A stretch of 64,000 bases of DNA from an uncultured Candidatus Saccharibacteria bacterium (GTDB lineage: Bacteria; Patescibacteriota; Minisyncoccia; Phycocordibacterales; UBA918). Where the stretch lies: assembly GCA_964611205.1 (NCBI GenBank), contig CAZSZB010000001.1, positions 123,144-187,143 on the forward strand, given 5' to 3'. The notes under the pieces were generated by a model that was given only the letters and a program-made list of their open reading frames with translations, had not been told where the DNA came from and did no database searches. Position numbers and translations under genes: made by a program. Shown here one piece after another: positions 46,274 to 56,172 of the stretch. How positions within the stretch are numbered: the first letter of the stretch is position 1; each line of letters opens with the position of its first letter.

Positions 46274-47575
46274 CTAAATATTAGGTAGATAATCTAGAGG
46301 GTTTAGATACCCTTCGATAGCAGCAAACGGAGACAAGGCAGCACCGCACCCCGTTACACTTTTAAACTGGTTGAATTGTTTAACCTGTACGGCATCCTTT
46401 ACATAAACAGTATAGTGTAGGTGCGGTCCAGTAGAGTAACCGGTATTTCCTGTATAGCCAATAGTCTCTCCCGTGCTGACCTTTTGTCCTGGAGAAACAG
46501 AGATTTGGCTTAAGTGAGCGAACATTGAAGAAAGTCCATTAGGATGATCGACTAGTATCCATTTTCCCCATGAATAACATCCTGGTACGCTATCGGTGTT
46601 GCCAACATTACGTACGGTACCTGATAAGGGTGCACGTAATTGGGTACCGACCGGGGTACCAAGGTCTATTCCATTATGCTTACTTCCACTGTATGCACCT
46701 GATAAAGCAAATTTAGTATAACCGAAGTATTGCGTCAGTATTGGGTTATTGATCGGCCAGATAAAGACATTAGAACCAGCTGTAGGAATAGTGTTAGGAT
46801 CTAAAATAAACTGTAACTGTGACTCAATATTACGAACTTCAGCTAATAATTTTTCTTGAGCAGCTTTTCTTTCTTTGAGCAGAGTCTGGTAGTTCGCCTC
46901 TTCATTTTTGGTAACATCTAGAAGCTCGGCTTTTTCGTTTAGGTTACTTTTTAGAATATTATTTTGATCATCGTACTGTAACTTTAGATTAAGGAGTTGA
47001 TCTTTCTGTTTGGTGTTGGTATCTTTTTTGCCCTCTAAATCCTCTTTTAATATAGTTAATTCTCGCACGTGTTCATATAGTTTTCTGCGAAAAGTCTCTA
47101 GGGTTTCGAAATTGCTCCAAAATTCAGCCAGATTTTCGTGACGGAGCAGTATTTCTACCATTGAATCATTGTCAGCCATATTCATATTACGAATAATCTC
47201 GCTCATAGTTTCCTGACTAGCAAAGACACTTTTTTCAGTTTTATTTATTTCAATACCTAGTTTTCCGATTGTCAGATCAGTGGCAGCAATCTTATTTTCG
47301 GTGTATGCGATATCTGCCTGGACTTTCTTTTTTTCTAAATCAAGCTGATTGATAGCTTTTTGTAAGGTGGCTTTTTCCGCCCCCACCTCGTTTAAGGCAC
47401 TAGTGTATTTAGCTATCTCTTTTTCGATTTCTTTGAGACGATTATTCTTTTCAGATATTTGGCTTTGTAGTTTTTCTACTTCAGATTGTGCAAATACAAA
47501 ATTACTATCAAGTGATAGTATAGTTATCGTCAATATTCCCAAAATAAAGGCATAAATTCTACGTTTTTTTACCAT
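46274..47575 (-). CDS. M23 peptidase with long coiled coil (EnvC/CwlO-like architecture)
   Basis: Signal peptide, coiled coil, HNGID and TGPHLHY M23 motifs. Confidence 0.9.
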   Translation of the reverse strand: MVKKRRIYAFILGILTITILSLDSNFVFAQSEVEKLQSQISEKNNRLKEIEKEIAKYTSALNEVGAEKATLQKAINQLDLEKKKVQADIAYTENKIAATDLTIGKLGIEINKTEKSVFASQETMSEIIRNMNMADNDSMVEILLRHENLAEFWSNFETLETFRRKLYEHVRELTILKEDLEGKKDTNTKQKDQLLNLKLQYDDQNNILKSNLNEKAELLDVTKNEEANYQTLLKERKAAQEKLLAEVRNIESQLQFILDPNTIPTAGSNVFIWPINNPILTQYFGYTKFALSGAYSGSKHNGIDLGTPVGTQLRAPLSGTVRNVGNTDSVPGCYSWGKWILVDHPNGLSSMFAHLSQISVSPGQKVSTGETIGYTGNTGYSTGPHLHYTVYVKDAVQVKQFNQFKSVTGCGAALSPFAAIEGYLNPLDYLPNI

Positions 47576-47636
47576 AAAACTATTTTATCATAGCCTGTTA
47601 TGAATCTTGGTTTATGCACAGGAATAAGTTTCTAGA

Positions 47637-49094
47637 TTAATTGTCATAATTGGCGACTGCTGCACTTAGTCTTCTGATTGTCGCTTCTTTTCCTAAAATA
47701 TAAGCACAAACAAAAGGATCTGGTGATTGTTCTAGTCCGGTAAGAGCTATTCTTAGCGGCCATAGCAACTCCCCCTTCCCTATTTCTTCAGCATAGGGCC
47801 AAAGTGCTTCTTTAATCGTTTCGGACGAAGTGAAGTCTGCTGTATTAAGTATCTCTATGGATTTCTCAAGTCTTGGCAAAAAAGCATTTGGAGAATCGTC
47901 TTTCTTCCAAGGAAGTAAAGCCTTTGGTGCAATAAAGTCTTCATCATTAAAGACCCAGTTATAAGAACCGTCAGTAAATGTTTGTTTGATTTCTGTTTGG
48001 TTATGTATACGCTCAAATATCACTGGTTGTAATCTTTTTAGTCTTTCATCAGAGTAATTCGATAATTGAAAAATGTTCTCTGGTACGGAAGTTTTAAGGT
48101 AATCAAATTTGAAATCCTCTGATTTGCTTTTCAAGAATTGCTTGTTCATCCACCGTAATTTTTCTTCATTGAATGCTCCTCCAGATTTTTGAATTTTATT
48201 TAGGGAAAAGATTTTTATTAATTCATCATCGTGAAATATTTCTTTTTCTCCCCCTGGGTTCCAGCCAATTAAGGCCAAGAAATTACGCATTGTTTCTGGT
48301 AAATAGCCTTCGTCTCTGTATTCCAAAAGATCTTTCGCTCCATCTCGTTTGCTTAGTTTCTTTTTTCCATCAGGTCCCATAATTGGTGGTAAGGTAACAA
48401 AAACTGGCAAAGGTATTTCCAAAGCTTGGTATAAGCTTAAAAATTTTGGTGTGCTAGCAATAAATTCCTGACCACGCATTACATGGGTTACGCCCATTTC
48501 GTGGTCATCGACGATGTGGGCAAAGTTGTATGTAGGATAACCATCAGACTTGATTATGATCATGTCATCAAGCATCTCTTCACCTGCCGTTAATTCTCCG
48601 CGTACTACATCTTGCCAGACTGAACGTTTTATTTCAGGAACTTTAAAACGCAAGGGACGCTTACCATCCCACTCAGCAAATTTGGCGGGACGGTGATTTC
48701 TAAATAGAAACGGTTTTTTTTCTTTTACTGCTTGGGCTTTAAATTCTTCTATTTCACTTTCAGTGTGAGGATCAGGATAAGCCAATCCTTTGGCTACTAG
48801 TTTTTCTGCGTATAATTTATACACGTCTAAACGATCAGATTGCAAACAAGAGCCGAAAGGTCCGGGTTTATCTGGTCCATAATCCCAGTCCAGGCCAAGC
48901 CATTTTAGGGAGTCCTGAATCTGTTGAATTGATCCTGCCACTTCCCTAGTTTTGTCAGTGTCCTCAATTCGTAATATAAATAAACCATTATTCTGTCTAG
49001 CGTACAACCAGGCGTACAGAGCCGTTCTGATACCGCCAATGTGCAAAAAGCCTGTTGGTGAAGGGGCAAATCTTGTAACTACTTTTTCTGTCAT
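47637..49094 (-). CDS. gltX: Glutamate--tRNA ligase
   Basis: RFAPSPTGFLHIGG, LRIEDTD, KKLSKR. Confidence 0.96.
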   Translation of the reverse strand: MTEKVVTRFAPSPTGFLHIGGIRTALYAWLYARQNNGLFILRIEDTDKTREVAGSIQQIQDSLKWLGLDWDYGPDKPGPFGSCLQSDRLDVYKLYAEKLVAKGLAYPDPHTESEIEEFKAQAVKEKKPFLFRNHRPAKFAEWDGKRPLRFKVPEIKRSVWQDVVRGELTAGEEMLDDMIIIKSDGYPTYNFAHIVDDHEMGVTHVMRGQEFIASTPKFLSLYQALEIPLPVFVTLPPIMGPDGKKKLSKRDGAKDLLEYRDEGYLPETMRNFLALIGWNPGGEKEIFHDDELIKIFSLNKIQKSGGAFNEEKLRWMNKQFLKSKSEDFKFDYLKTSVPENIFQLSNYSDERLKRLQPVIFERIHNQTEIKQTFTDGSYNWVFNDEDFIAPKALLPWKKDDSPNAFLPRLEKSIEILNTADFTSSETIKEALWPYAEEIGKGELLWPLRIALTGLEQSPDPFVCAYILGKEATIRRLSAAVANYDN

Positions 49095-49096
49095 AT

Positions 49097-50221
49097 TTAT
49101 TTATGTTCCTTAGCTATATCTATCAGGGTTGTGGTTATTTTCTCAGCAGCGTGTGGTTTAGCAAAGGCAGCCGCGGCCGTACTCATTCTCTGGTATAAAT
49201 CTTGGTCAGTTATAATACGGTTTATCTCAGCAAAGAGCAATCCGTCGGCTAGATTGTGTTCTTCTATTACTTGAGCAGCCCCACTACGAGCATAAGCGAA
49301 GGCATTAGTTCTTTGATCGTGACTAACTTTTTCTGATATAGGGATGATGATAGAAGGTTTTCCTTCCTCAGCAATTTCAAAAATAGTGGTAGATCCGGCT
49401 CTGGATACAATTAGGGTGGCCGCAGATTGAGCCAAACTCATCTCCTCCCCTGTTAAAGTACCGCGTACAAAATAATGGTCGAGTAGACCAGAGTCGCTCA
49501 TAAGAGACACGGCTGTTTGTTGTACTAAATCTTCGTGTTTAGGGCCGGTCTGATGTAGGAGTGTGTAATGAGGCAATAATTCATCCAAAGATTCTAAGAC
49601 CAGATTATTTATTTTTTCCGCTCCCAGTGAACCACCTGTGATAAAAATTAACGGCTTATCGGATGGTAAACCCAAGGCCTCAATGGGATTTTGTTTTTTA
49701 CCCATGATGACATGGCGTAAAGGGATTCCTACCAGGGCGGTTTTTTCTTCTGGAAAAGCAGAAGCTACATCAGGAAAAGCAATGGCAATATAGCGGGCAA
49801 ATCTGGCGGCTATTTTATTGGCTGTACCAACCTTAGAGTCAGATTCATGTATTACGATTGGTATGCGCAAAAAAGCGGCAGCTAAAACAACTGGTAAAGA
49901 AGCATATCCTCCTTTACTAAAGACGACATCAGGATAGATGAAATAGAGTTTTTTAATGGCGATGATGGTTCCGATTACGAGTTTAAAAGGAGTTAGAAAA
50001 TTCCCTAAAGAAAAATATCTTGTTCTTTTACCAGCTGGGACCTTAACAAACGAGATGTTATTTTTTTGCAATAATTCAATCTTATATGGGTCTGGAGCTA
50101 AATAAAAAAGCTTAAAGTCATGGTTAGTATCATTGATTTTTCTAATTTCTTCAGCTACGGCTATCAGAGGGTAAAAATGTCCCCCACTCCCCCCGCCTGT
50201 TAATACAATACTTTTCTTCAT
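49097..50221 (-). CDS. murG: GlcNAc transferase MurG
   Basis: TGGGSGGHFYP, KGGY, IHES, GGSLGA, SRAG, DQRTNA. Confidence 0.95.
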   Translation of the reverse strand: MKKSIVLTGGGSGGHFYPLIAVAEEIRKINDTNHDFKLFYLAPDPYKIELLQKNNISFVKVPAGKRTRYFSLGNFLTPFKLVIGTIIAIKKLYFIYPDVVFSKGGYASLPVVLAAAFLRIPIVIHESDSKVGTANKIAARFARYIAIAFPDVASAFPEEKTALVGIPLRHVIMGKKQNPIEALGLPSDKPLIFITGGSLGAEKINNLVLESLDELLPHYTLLHQTGPKHEDLVQQTAVSLMSDSGLLDHYFVRGTLTGEEMSLAQSAATLIVSRAGSTTIFEIAEEGKPSIIIPISEKVSHDQRTNAFAYARSGAAQVIEEHNLADGLLFAEINRIITDQDLYQRMSTAAAAFAKPHAAEKITTTLIDIAKEHK

Positions 50222-50256
50222 AGTTAGTTAAATTTTAACACGACAAATGGTGTCAG

Positions 50257-51351
50257 TTAGATTTTCTTTTGGTATCTAGAGACATTTAAGACTATTCCAG
50301 CTGATAATAAAGTCACTAATAAAGCAGTTCCTCCATGGCTGATAAAAGGTAGAGGTAGTCCCATAAGTGGTGCTAAGGCAAGCATGGCTGAAATGTTGAG
50401 GAAAGCCTGAACTACTATGATGGTGATGAAGCCAACCACCAACAACATACCAAACATATCAACTGCGTGAGAAGCTATTTTATAGCCCCGGAAAGTAAAA
50501 GAAGAAAGAAGTAAGATCAAAAAGCTAGTACCTATGAAACCGAATTCTTCAGCAAAGACAGCGAATACAGAGTCTCCTATTGGTTCTGGTAAGTATTCAA
50601 ATTTTTGAATACTTTGGCCAAATCCCCGACCATTGAGTCCCCCAGTTCCAATGGCGATTAGGGATTGTTTTATTTGCCAGCCACTTCCCTGTGGGTCATC
50701 ATCAGGATTAAACAAAGTCATAAAACGATCTTTGATATATGGTTTAGCAAAAAACAAAACTGTCAGCACTAAAACTCCAGCTATAAAAATCATTAAGATA
50801 TCTCTCCATCTACCACCAGCTGTAGTAAACATTGCCACCCCTGCTATAGCTATCAACATAAAGGTGTCAGTATCAGGTTGAAGTAAAAGAATTATTCCAA
50901 CAATACCTGTAATAATAATAAAAGGTAAAGTTCCTTCTCGGAAAGAGTCAATTTTGTTATGTGCCGCTGAGAGCCAGGTGGCTATATATATGGTGTAGCC
51001 AATTTTTAGTAATTCTGCCGGCTGAAATGAGAAGCTGGCTATTTCTAACCACCTCCTAGCTCCACCATGACTAAAACCAAGCGGAGTATAGACTAACAAG
51101 GTAGCGAAGAGTGTAAACAAAAATATGTAGAAAGCATATTTACGCCAGTTGCGGTAATATATTTGGCTAGTTAAGAACATTCCTAATCCTCCGCCGATAA
51201 TACCAAATACTAATTGACTGAAAGCAACAGAAGTAAAACGAGCACCATCTCTAGCCAGAAGACCTAGAGAAGCTGAAGAGAAAATCATAAAACCCAACGT
51301 CACCAATATAATAATCAGTGTTAGCAGAGTTTTATCGACGTGTTTATGCAT
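50257..51351 (-). CDS. ftsW: SEDS peptidoglycan polymerase FtsW
   Basis: GARRW, FQPAEL, LLQPD, AEEFG, LPFISHGG; between mraY and murG. Confidence 0.92.
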   Translation of the reverse strand: MHKHVDKTLLTLIIILVTLGFMIFSSASLGLLARDGARFTSVAFSQLVFGIIGGGLGMFLTSQIYYRNWRKYAFYIFLFTLFATLLVYTPLGFSHGGARRWLEIASFSFQPAELLKIGYTIYIATWLSAAHNKIDSFREGTLPFIIITGIVGIILLLQPDTDTFMLIAIAGVAMFTTAGGRWRDILMIFIAGVLVLTVLFFAKPYIKDRFMTLFNPDDDPQGSGWQIKQSLIAIGTGGLNGRGFGQSIQKFEYLPEPIGDSVFAVFAEEFGFIGTSFLILLLSSFTFRGYKIASHAVDMFGMLLVVGFITIIVVQAFLNISAMLALAPLMGLPLPFISHGGTALLVTLLSAGIVLNVSRYQKKI

Positions 51352-51360
51352 ACCTAATCC

Positions 51361-52419
51361 TTATGCTACCGCCGCCAAAATAATACCTAAAATACCGCAG
51401 ATAATACTGATTACCCAGTAACGCATAGTTACTTTATAAGAAGGCCAACCGATAGCTTCGAAATGATGGTGTAAAGGAGCTATCCTGAAGAATTTTCGGC
51501 CAGTAGTAAGACGATAGCTGACCTGAATAATGTTAGATAACACAGTGACCCAAAGTGGTAAACCAATGACTAATAACAAAGATACTCCGTTTCCTCCTCC
51601 TAAATTATCAGTCACCATAACAATGACGGCTAAGGTTAAAGTGAGCGCCATAGACCCAGTCTCTGTCATCCAGAATCTAGCTGGTGGTATATTGAACCAT
51701 AAAAAAGCCAGAATTCCTCCAGCTATAGTGGCGCAAAGAGCAGCTATATCATATTGTGACTGAATAATAGCGACTCCAGCGTAAGAGATGTAGATCGAAG
51801 CAAAAACCCCGCCGGATAAACCATCTATTCCGTCTATCACTCCACTAGCATAAAGGAAGTTGGTTAAAAAGATAAAGAATGGAACGATAAGGATTCCTAA
51901 GTATAAAGTACCGTCAAAAGGAATGCTGATGTGAGTAATGTCTAATTTATCATAAAACCACCAACCGATGATGCCGGCTAAAATAGTGACAAAGATAAGC
52001 CTCACTCGCAAGCGTAATCCTTTTCCATCATGTATTACATCAAATATGTCATTTAAAAAACCTACTCCAGCACCTAACATAAGTGTAGCTAGAGGAATAA
52101 TGGTTTGAGAACGACTGAGAAAATCTAAATCTTTAAAAATAGTATCTGGAAAGACGCATTTTAAGGCATAGAGTAAACAAGTAGTAATGATGACACTTCC
52201 CCAAATCACTATTCCTCCCATGCGGGGAGTTTTGGTTTCTCCCTCTGCTTTGAGGCGGTTAAATTCAGTAGCCTCATGTCCCATCATAGCTTTTTTCCCT
52301 CCGACTTTTTTCCAGACTTTGTAACGATACAGATAATGAGTTAATAGAGGTGTTAAAAGAATACCTATAACAAAGGCAAGAGCAGCTGGGATAAGGACTT
52401 TTAGGATAGGATCGTACAT
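51361..52419 (-). CDS. mraY: Phospho-MurNAc-pentapeptide transferase MraY
   Basis: TPRMGG, DGIDGL, WFNIPPA, APLHHHFE. Confidence 0.94.
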   Translation of the reverse strand: MYDPILKVLIPAALAFVIGILLTPLLTHYLYRYKVWKKVGGKKAMMGHEATEFNRLKAEGETKTPRMGGIVIWGSVIITTCLLYALKCVFPDTIFKDLDFLSRSQTIIPLATLMLGAGVGFLNDIFDVIHDGKGLRLRVRLIFVTILAGIIGWWFYDKLDITHISIPFDGTLYLGILIVPFFIFLTNFLYASGVIDGIDGLSGGVFASIYISYAGVAIIQSQYDIAALCATIAGGILAFLWFNIPPARFWMTETGSMALTLTLAVIVMVTDNLGGGNGVSLLLVIGLPLWVTVLSNIIQVSYRLTTGRKFFRIAPLHHHFEAIGWPSYKVTMRYWVISIICGILGIILAAVA

Positions 52420-52455
52420 TGTATGTTAATTATAGACTATTAATAATAAATTCGA

Positions 52456-53532
52456 CTAATGGTTTATCAAGTAATTACTTGTCGCTTCATGTAGCTGCAT
52501 GACATCAGTAAAACGGTCTTGTTGAGTAGAGCCAAGCACCACTATTACAACCGGACGATTTAGCCCAGCGTCGTAGGCAATAACAAGATTGCCGCCAGCT
52601 AAATCCGTGTATCCAGTTTTAGATCCAATCAAGCCCGGTATCTGATTGACAAAATAGTTGGTGTTATTAGCTAAGTGATAATCTCCAGATTCATTGTACA
52701 TTTGTACTGAGTCTTCTCGTGTTAACGAAAGGATATCTGGATTATTTTTTACAATATATTCCATTAAGAAAGCCATATCTTTGGCAGTGCTGTAAGCCCC
52801 AGCTTGATTTTTAGAGATATCTAGGCCGGTTGGGTTATAGAAGGTTGTGTCTTTTAAATTTAGTTCTTTAGCCCGAACATTCATCGCTTTCACAAAAGCT
52901 CCTGCTCCAGCATCTTCCTTAATCATATCCCCAGCAGCGATAGCTAATGCGTAAGCACCATCGTTTGAAGAAGAAATAAGCATTAAATCTGAGAGAGTTT
53001 CTCTAGCAAAAACCTCGTCCAATAATAGACCGCTGTCCCCTATCTGACTTAGAGCTTGGGAATTAATTTGTACCCCTGATTTTTTTGCGAGTATTTCGTC
53101 AGCTAAGAGGGCAGTCATTAATTTTGTGATAGAAGCTATGGCCAATTTTTCATCTTCATTCTTTTTATACAGAACCCTCTGGCTGTTAACATCCCAAACA
53201 TAAGCTGCTTCCCCGACCAAAGCTATATCATCAAAATTCCTTCCCTCGTTATTGATAGGATTTAGAATTATCTCGCTTTCGGTAACTTCATCAGTTGCCT
53301 GATTGTTATGGCTATCGGCATTAATAAAAAATTTAGATGTCAGAGTCGTGCTAAATATCAAAAACAAAACACTACCAACCAAGATAAGTTGTTGTTTTAC
53401 AGGCACTCCACCATCGGATCCTACTTCAGTGTAGTTAGTGACTGAATCATTATAGATATCATCAACTATAACCTCTTCATTTAAAAAAGGTTCGGTTGAA
53501 TCAATGTCGTTGTTTTGGTCGTAATCTTCCAT
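52456..53532 (-). CDS. D-alanyl-D-alanine carboxypeptidase (S11)
   Basis: ASITKLMT, SSND, NPTGL, KTGYT. Confidence 0.9.
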   Translation of the reverse strand: MEDYDQNNDIDSTEPFLNEEVIVDDIYNDSVTNYTEVGSDGGVPVKQQLILVGSVLFLIFSTTLTSKFFINADSHNNQATDEVTESEIILNPINNEGRNFDDIALVGEAAYVWDVNSQRVLYKKNEDEKLAIASITKLMTALLADEILAKKSGVQINSQALSQIGDSGLLLDEVFARETLSDLMLISSSNDGAYALAIAAGDMIKEDAGAGAFVKAMNVRAKELNLKDTTFYNPTGLDISKNQAGAYSTAKDMAFLMEYIVKNNPDILSLTREDSVQMYNESGDYHLANNTNYFVNQIPGLIGSKTGYTDLAGGNLVIAYDAGLNRPVVIVVLGSTQQDRFTDVMQLHEATSNYLINH

Positions 53533-53533
53533 G

Positions 53534-54076
53534 TTATTTATTCTCATTTTCTATCTCCTTCTCAAAAGCTTCCAGTTTGTCTAATATATCAGGTCTGTCT
53601 GGTAAGTCTTGAATATTAGTGATACCCAAATGAGCTAACAAAATGGGGGTAACTGAAAAAAGATTGCTGTTTCCCTGTGATTGTTTCTCTATCAAGCCTC
53701 TGGTTAAAAGGTTGCGAATAATGAAGGAGGAATTAACACCGCGAATACTGTCAATGTCTGATCGAGATATTGGCCCACGGTATAAAATAATAGCCAAAGT
53801 TTCAGCTCCTGCTTTACCAATGTCACGTTTTAATTCATCTTTACGCATTCCTTCAATAAGATTGTCTAATTGAGGAATGGTAACTAATTGGACCTCTTTA
53901 TCAGTTTCGAGTAGTCTAATTGCTCCTGACTTAAGACGGTTAGAAATAATTTCTAAATTATTAGATAGAGTTTCTTCGTTTATCTCTAATAACTTACAAA
54001 GTTCTTGTTTTTTAAAAGGCGTTCCCTTGTAGAACAAAATCCCTTCGATTTTAAGGTTTATTTCTAGGTCATCCAT
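53534..54076 (-). CDS. scpB: SMC-ScpAB subunit ScpB
   Basis: ETLAIILYRGPISRSDIDSIRGVNS. Confidence 0.92.
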   Translation of the reverse strand: MDDLEINLKIEGILFYKGTPFKKQELCKLLEINEETLSNNLEIISNRLKSGAIRLLETDKEVQLVTIPQLDNLIEGMRKDELKRDIGKAGAETLAIILYRGPISRSDIDSIRGVNSSFIIRNLLTRGLIEKQSQGNSNLFSVTPILLAHLGITNIQDLPDRPDILDKLEAFEKEIENENK

Positions 54077-54160
54077 AATATACCGCCTGATTATAACACT
54101 ATTTATACCTAGCCTTCCTTCATTATTCCCCTTGGTTCAACTGGTCATGCCTGGTTAGGA

Positions 54161-54904
54161 TTAATGATACCTAGGCGTATTTGTCTGTTCAATACTTATT
54201 TCTATGTCAGCAAAATGTTCACTTTGGGCCACTAAGACACTACCTTGTTTGACTGATTCGAGAATAGCTAAAAAACCAACAATAATAAGTGGCCTCTCTC
54301 TATCATTATCCAATAATTCGCTAAAGCGTAGGTTCATTTGTTCCTTAACTCTCTTCTCTAGGCGCTCTATCATTTCTTCAAGAGAGATGATTTTTTTTAC
54401 CCTAACTCGAGGTTGCTCTATCTTTTGTGGGAGGTTTTGTAAAACATCATAAATTGCTTGTCGTAAATTTTCTACGGTAGTGAATTTGTCAGTGACAAAC
54501 AGTGGTTTTTTATTAGGTACATATTGTCGTTCGTGAAGGATGTTCTTACCAAATCTTTCTTCGATACCTTTAGAAATTTCTCTAAAAATAGCATAGCGAC
54601 GTAATTTAATTTCTAGATCGTCTATTACCTCTTCCTCATCACTGCTTAAGTCTAAAATTGGTAATAAAGACTTAGATTTAATGAGTAACAGTGTGGAAGC
54701 TAGCTGTACAAAATAAATACTATTAGGCAAAGATTGTCTTTGCATATAAGACACCCTTTCCATATATTCGTCAGTTACTTTGGCTAGAGAAATGTCATTT
54801 ATAAGTAGCTTGCGTTTCTCAACTAACTCGAGTAAAAGTTCTAGAGGACCTTCAAAAGCCTCTGTTTTCACTGGGAATAAGTCTACTTCGGCTGAAGAAT
54901 TCAT
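54161..54904 (-). CDS. scpA: SMC-ScpAB kleisin ScpA
   Basis: FEGPLELLL, IKSKSLLP, FLAILE. Confidence 0.92.
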   Translation of the reverse strand: MNSSAEVDLFPVKTEAFEGPLELLLELVEKRKLLINDISLAKVTDEYMERVSYMQRQSLPNSIYFVQLASTLLLIKSKSLLPILDLSSDEEEVIDDLEIKLRRYAIFREISKGIEERFGKNILHERQYVPNKKPLFVTDKFTTVENLRQAIYDVLQNLPQKIEQPRVRVKKIISLEEMIERLEKRVKEQMNLRFSELLDNDRERPLIIVGFLAILESVKQGSVLVAQSEHFADIEISIEQTNTPRYH

Positions 54905-54938
54905 TGTCTAAATTGTAGCATGGGTAAGTTTAAATTCT

Positions 54939-56171
54939 TTAAATAGTAAACTGACCGTTTTGGTAGATAACTTTATTCTTGCCGTTTTTGAGAGTAGCGG
55001 TAACGGTTCGATTAGTGGTGGTTACAAAGTCACTATGGACAATTGAGTTGTTAAAACCAAGTTTATCCCAGTCACTGTTCTTCCATTTAGGGTCAATTTC
55101 CCCTAAATAACAGTCTCTAAACGATGCTCCGATTGCAACGTGACTGTTGCCGTACTTGCCGCCCATATTTTCATCATATAGAGTTTCTGCCATAAATTTG
55201 GTGATTCTTGATAGTCGACTATCAGTTAGTGAGAATTCACCCAACCTGTTCCCTCCTTCTATAGCTAGCATACTTTTAAGTACGTCGTAATTTTTACTTG
55301 CCTTGGATTTGATAACCTTTCCATTCTCAAACCATAATTGAATTCCTTCAATTTTCTTTCCGTTGCTATAGAAAGGTTGATTAAAGCGAATCCACCCCTT
55401 CGTCTCTCTCCAATTGGGAGAGGTAAAGACCTCATAGGATGGAATATTATTGCCCCCACCTGCTCGCCAGAATCTATTGTGGCCAATACCGACAGTCAAA
55501 TCTACGTCTTCTCCTGACATATGAAGAGCTTCTATTTCCATTTTGGTTAATTTATTCGCTGTTTTCTGAACAGTTGAGTCAATCTTTTGCCAAATTTTAA
55601 TCGGGTCTTTTTCATCGAGGTAACATGCTTTGATGATTTGATTCCAATACTGTCGTCCTGTAAGATTAGCTTCTTTTGCTCCGGCATCTGTGCCATAAAG
55701 CACGATAGTCCAGTTTAGTTTTCCGGCGTCTATCTTTTTTCTTTTGTAACTAATTGAGCCACTACGAGCTTTGTTATGAGTAAAGATTTTTTGAGTATTA
55801 ATTTGGTTAAGCTCATGATGATCAGTTTGAGCTAAAACTAAAATCGTACAATCTATTTGATCGATCAAAGCTTTATTTAATTTCTCAGGTGAGAAAGTGA
55901 GCTGGTCCTCAGACGCAATCTTATAGAAGTCTTTTTGGAATTTATACTGAGAATCTGAACTAGGAAAAAATTGTCCGAGAGGATGATAACCATTTTTCAA
56001 AATAGCTTTTTGGAGATGAAAATATAATGGTTTAGCTACTTCTGGAACTAAGTAATGTACTACTGAACCAGGTTTTGGTTTCTCGTCATTCTTATCCCGC
56101 AGACCGAATTGCACTATTAATTCAGCGTATTTTTCAAGTATTTTATCACTAGGTGTGTAGCTTTGTTGCAT
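54939..56171 (-). CDS. Aminopeptidase (M29, AmpS/AmpT family)
   Basis: NIPSYEVFTSP, LGEF, YDEN, HVAIG, NNSIVHSD. Confidence 0.9.
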   Translation of the reverse strand: MQQSYTPSDKILEKYAELIVQFGLRDKNDEKPKPGSVVHYLVPEVAKPLYFHLQKAILKNGYHPLGQFFPSSDSQYKFQKDFYKIASEDQLTFSPEKLNKALIDQIDCTILVLAQTDHHELNQINTQKIFTHNKARSGSISYKRKKIDAGKLNWTIVLYGTDAGAKEANLTGRQYWNQIIKACYLDEKDPIKIWQKIDSTVQKTANKLTKMEIEALHMSGEDVDLTVGIGHNRFWRAGGGNNIPSYEVFTSPNWRETKGWIRFNQPFYSNGKKIEGIQLWFENGKVIKSKASKNYDVLKSMLAIEGGNRLGEFSLTDSRLSRITKFMAETLYDENMGGKYGNSHVAIGASFRDCYLGEIDPKWKNSDWDKLGFNNSIVHSDFVTTTNRTVTATLKNGKNKVIYQNGQFTI

Positions 56172-56172
56172 A

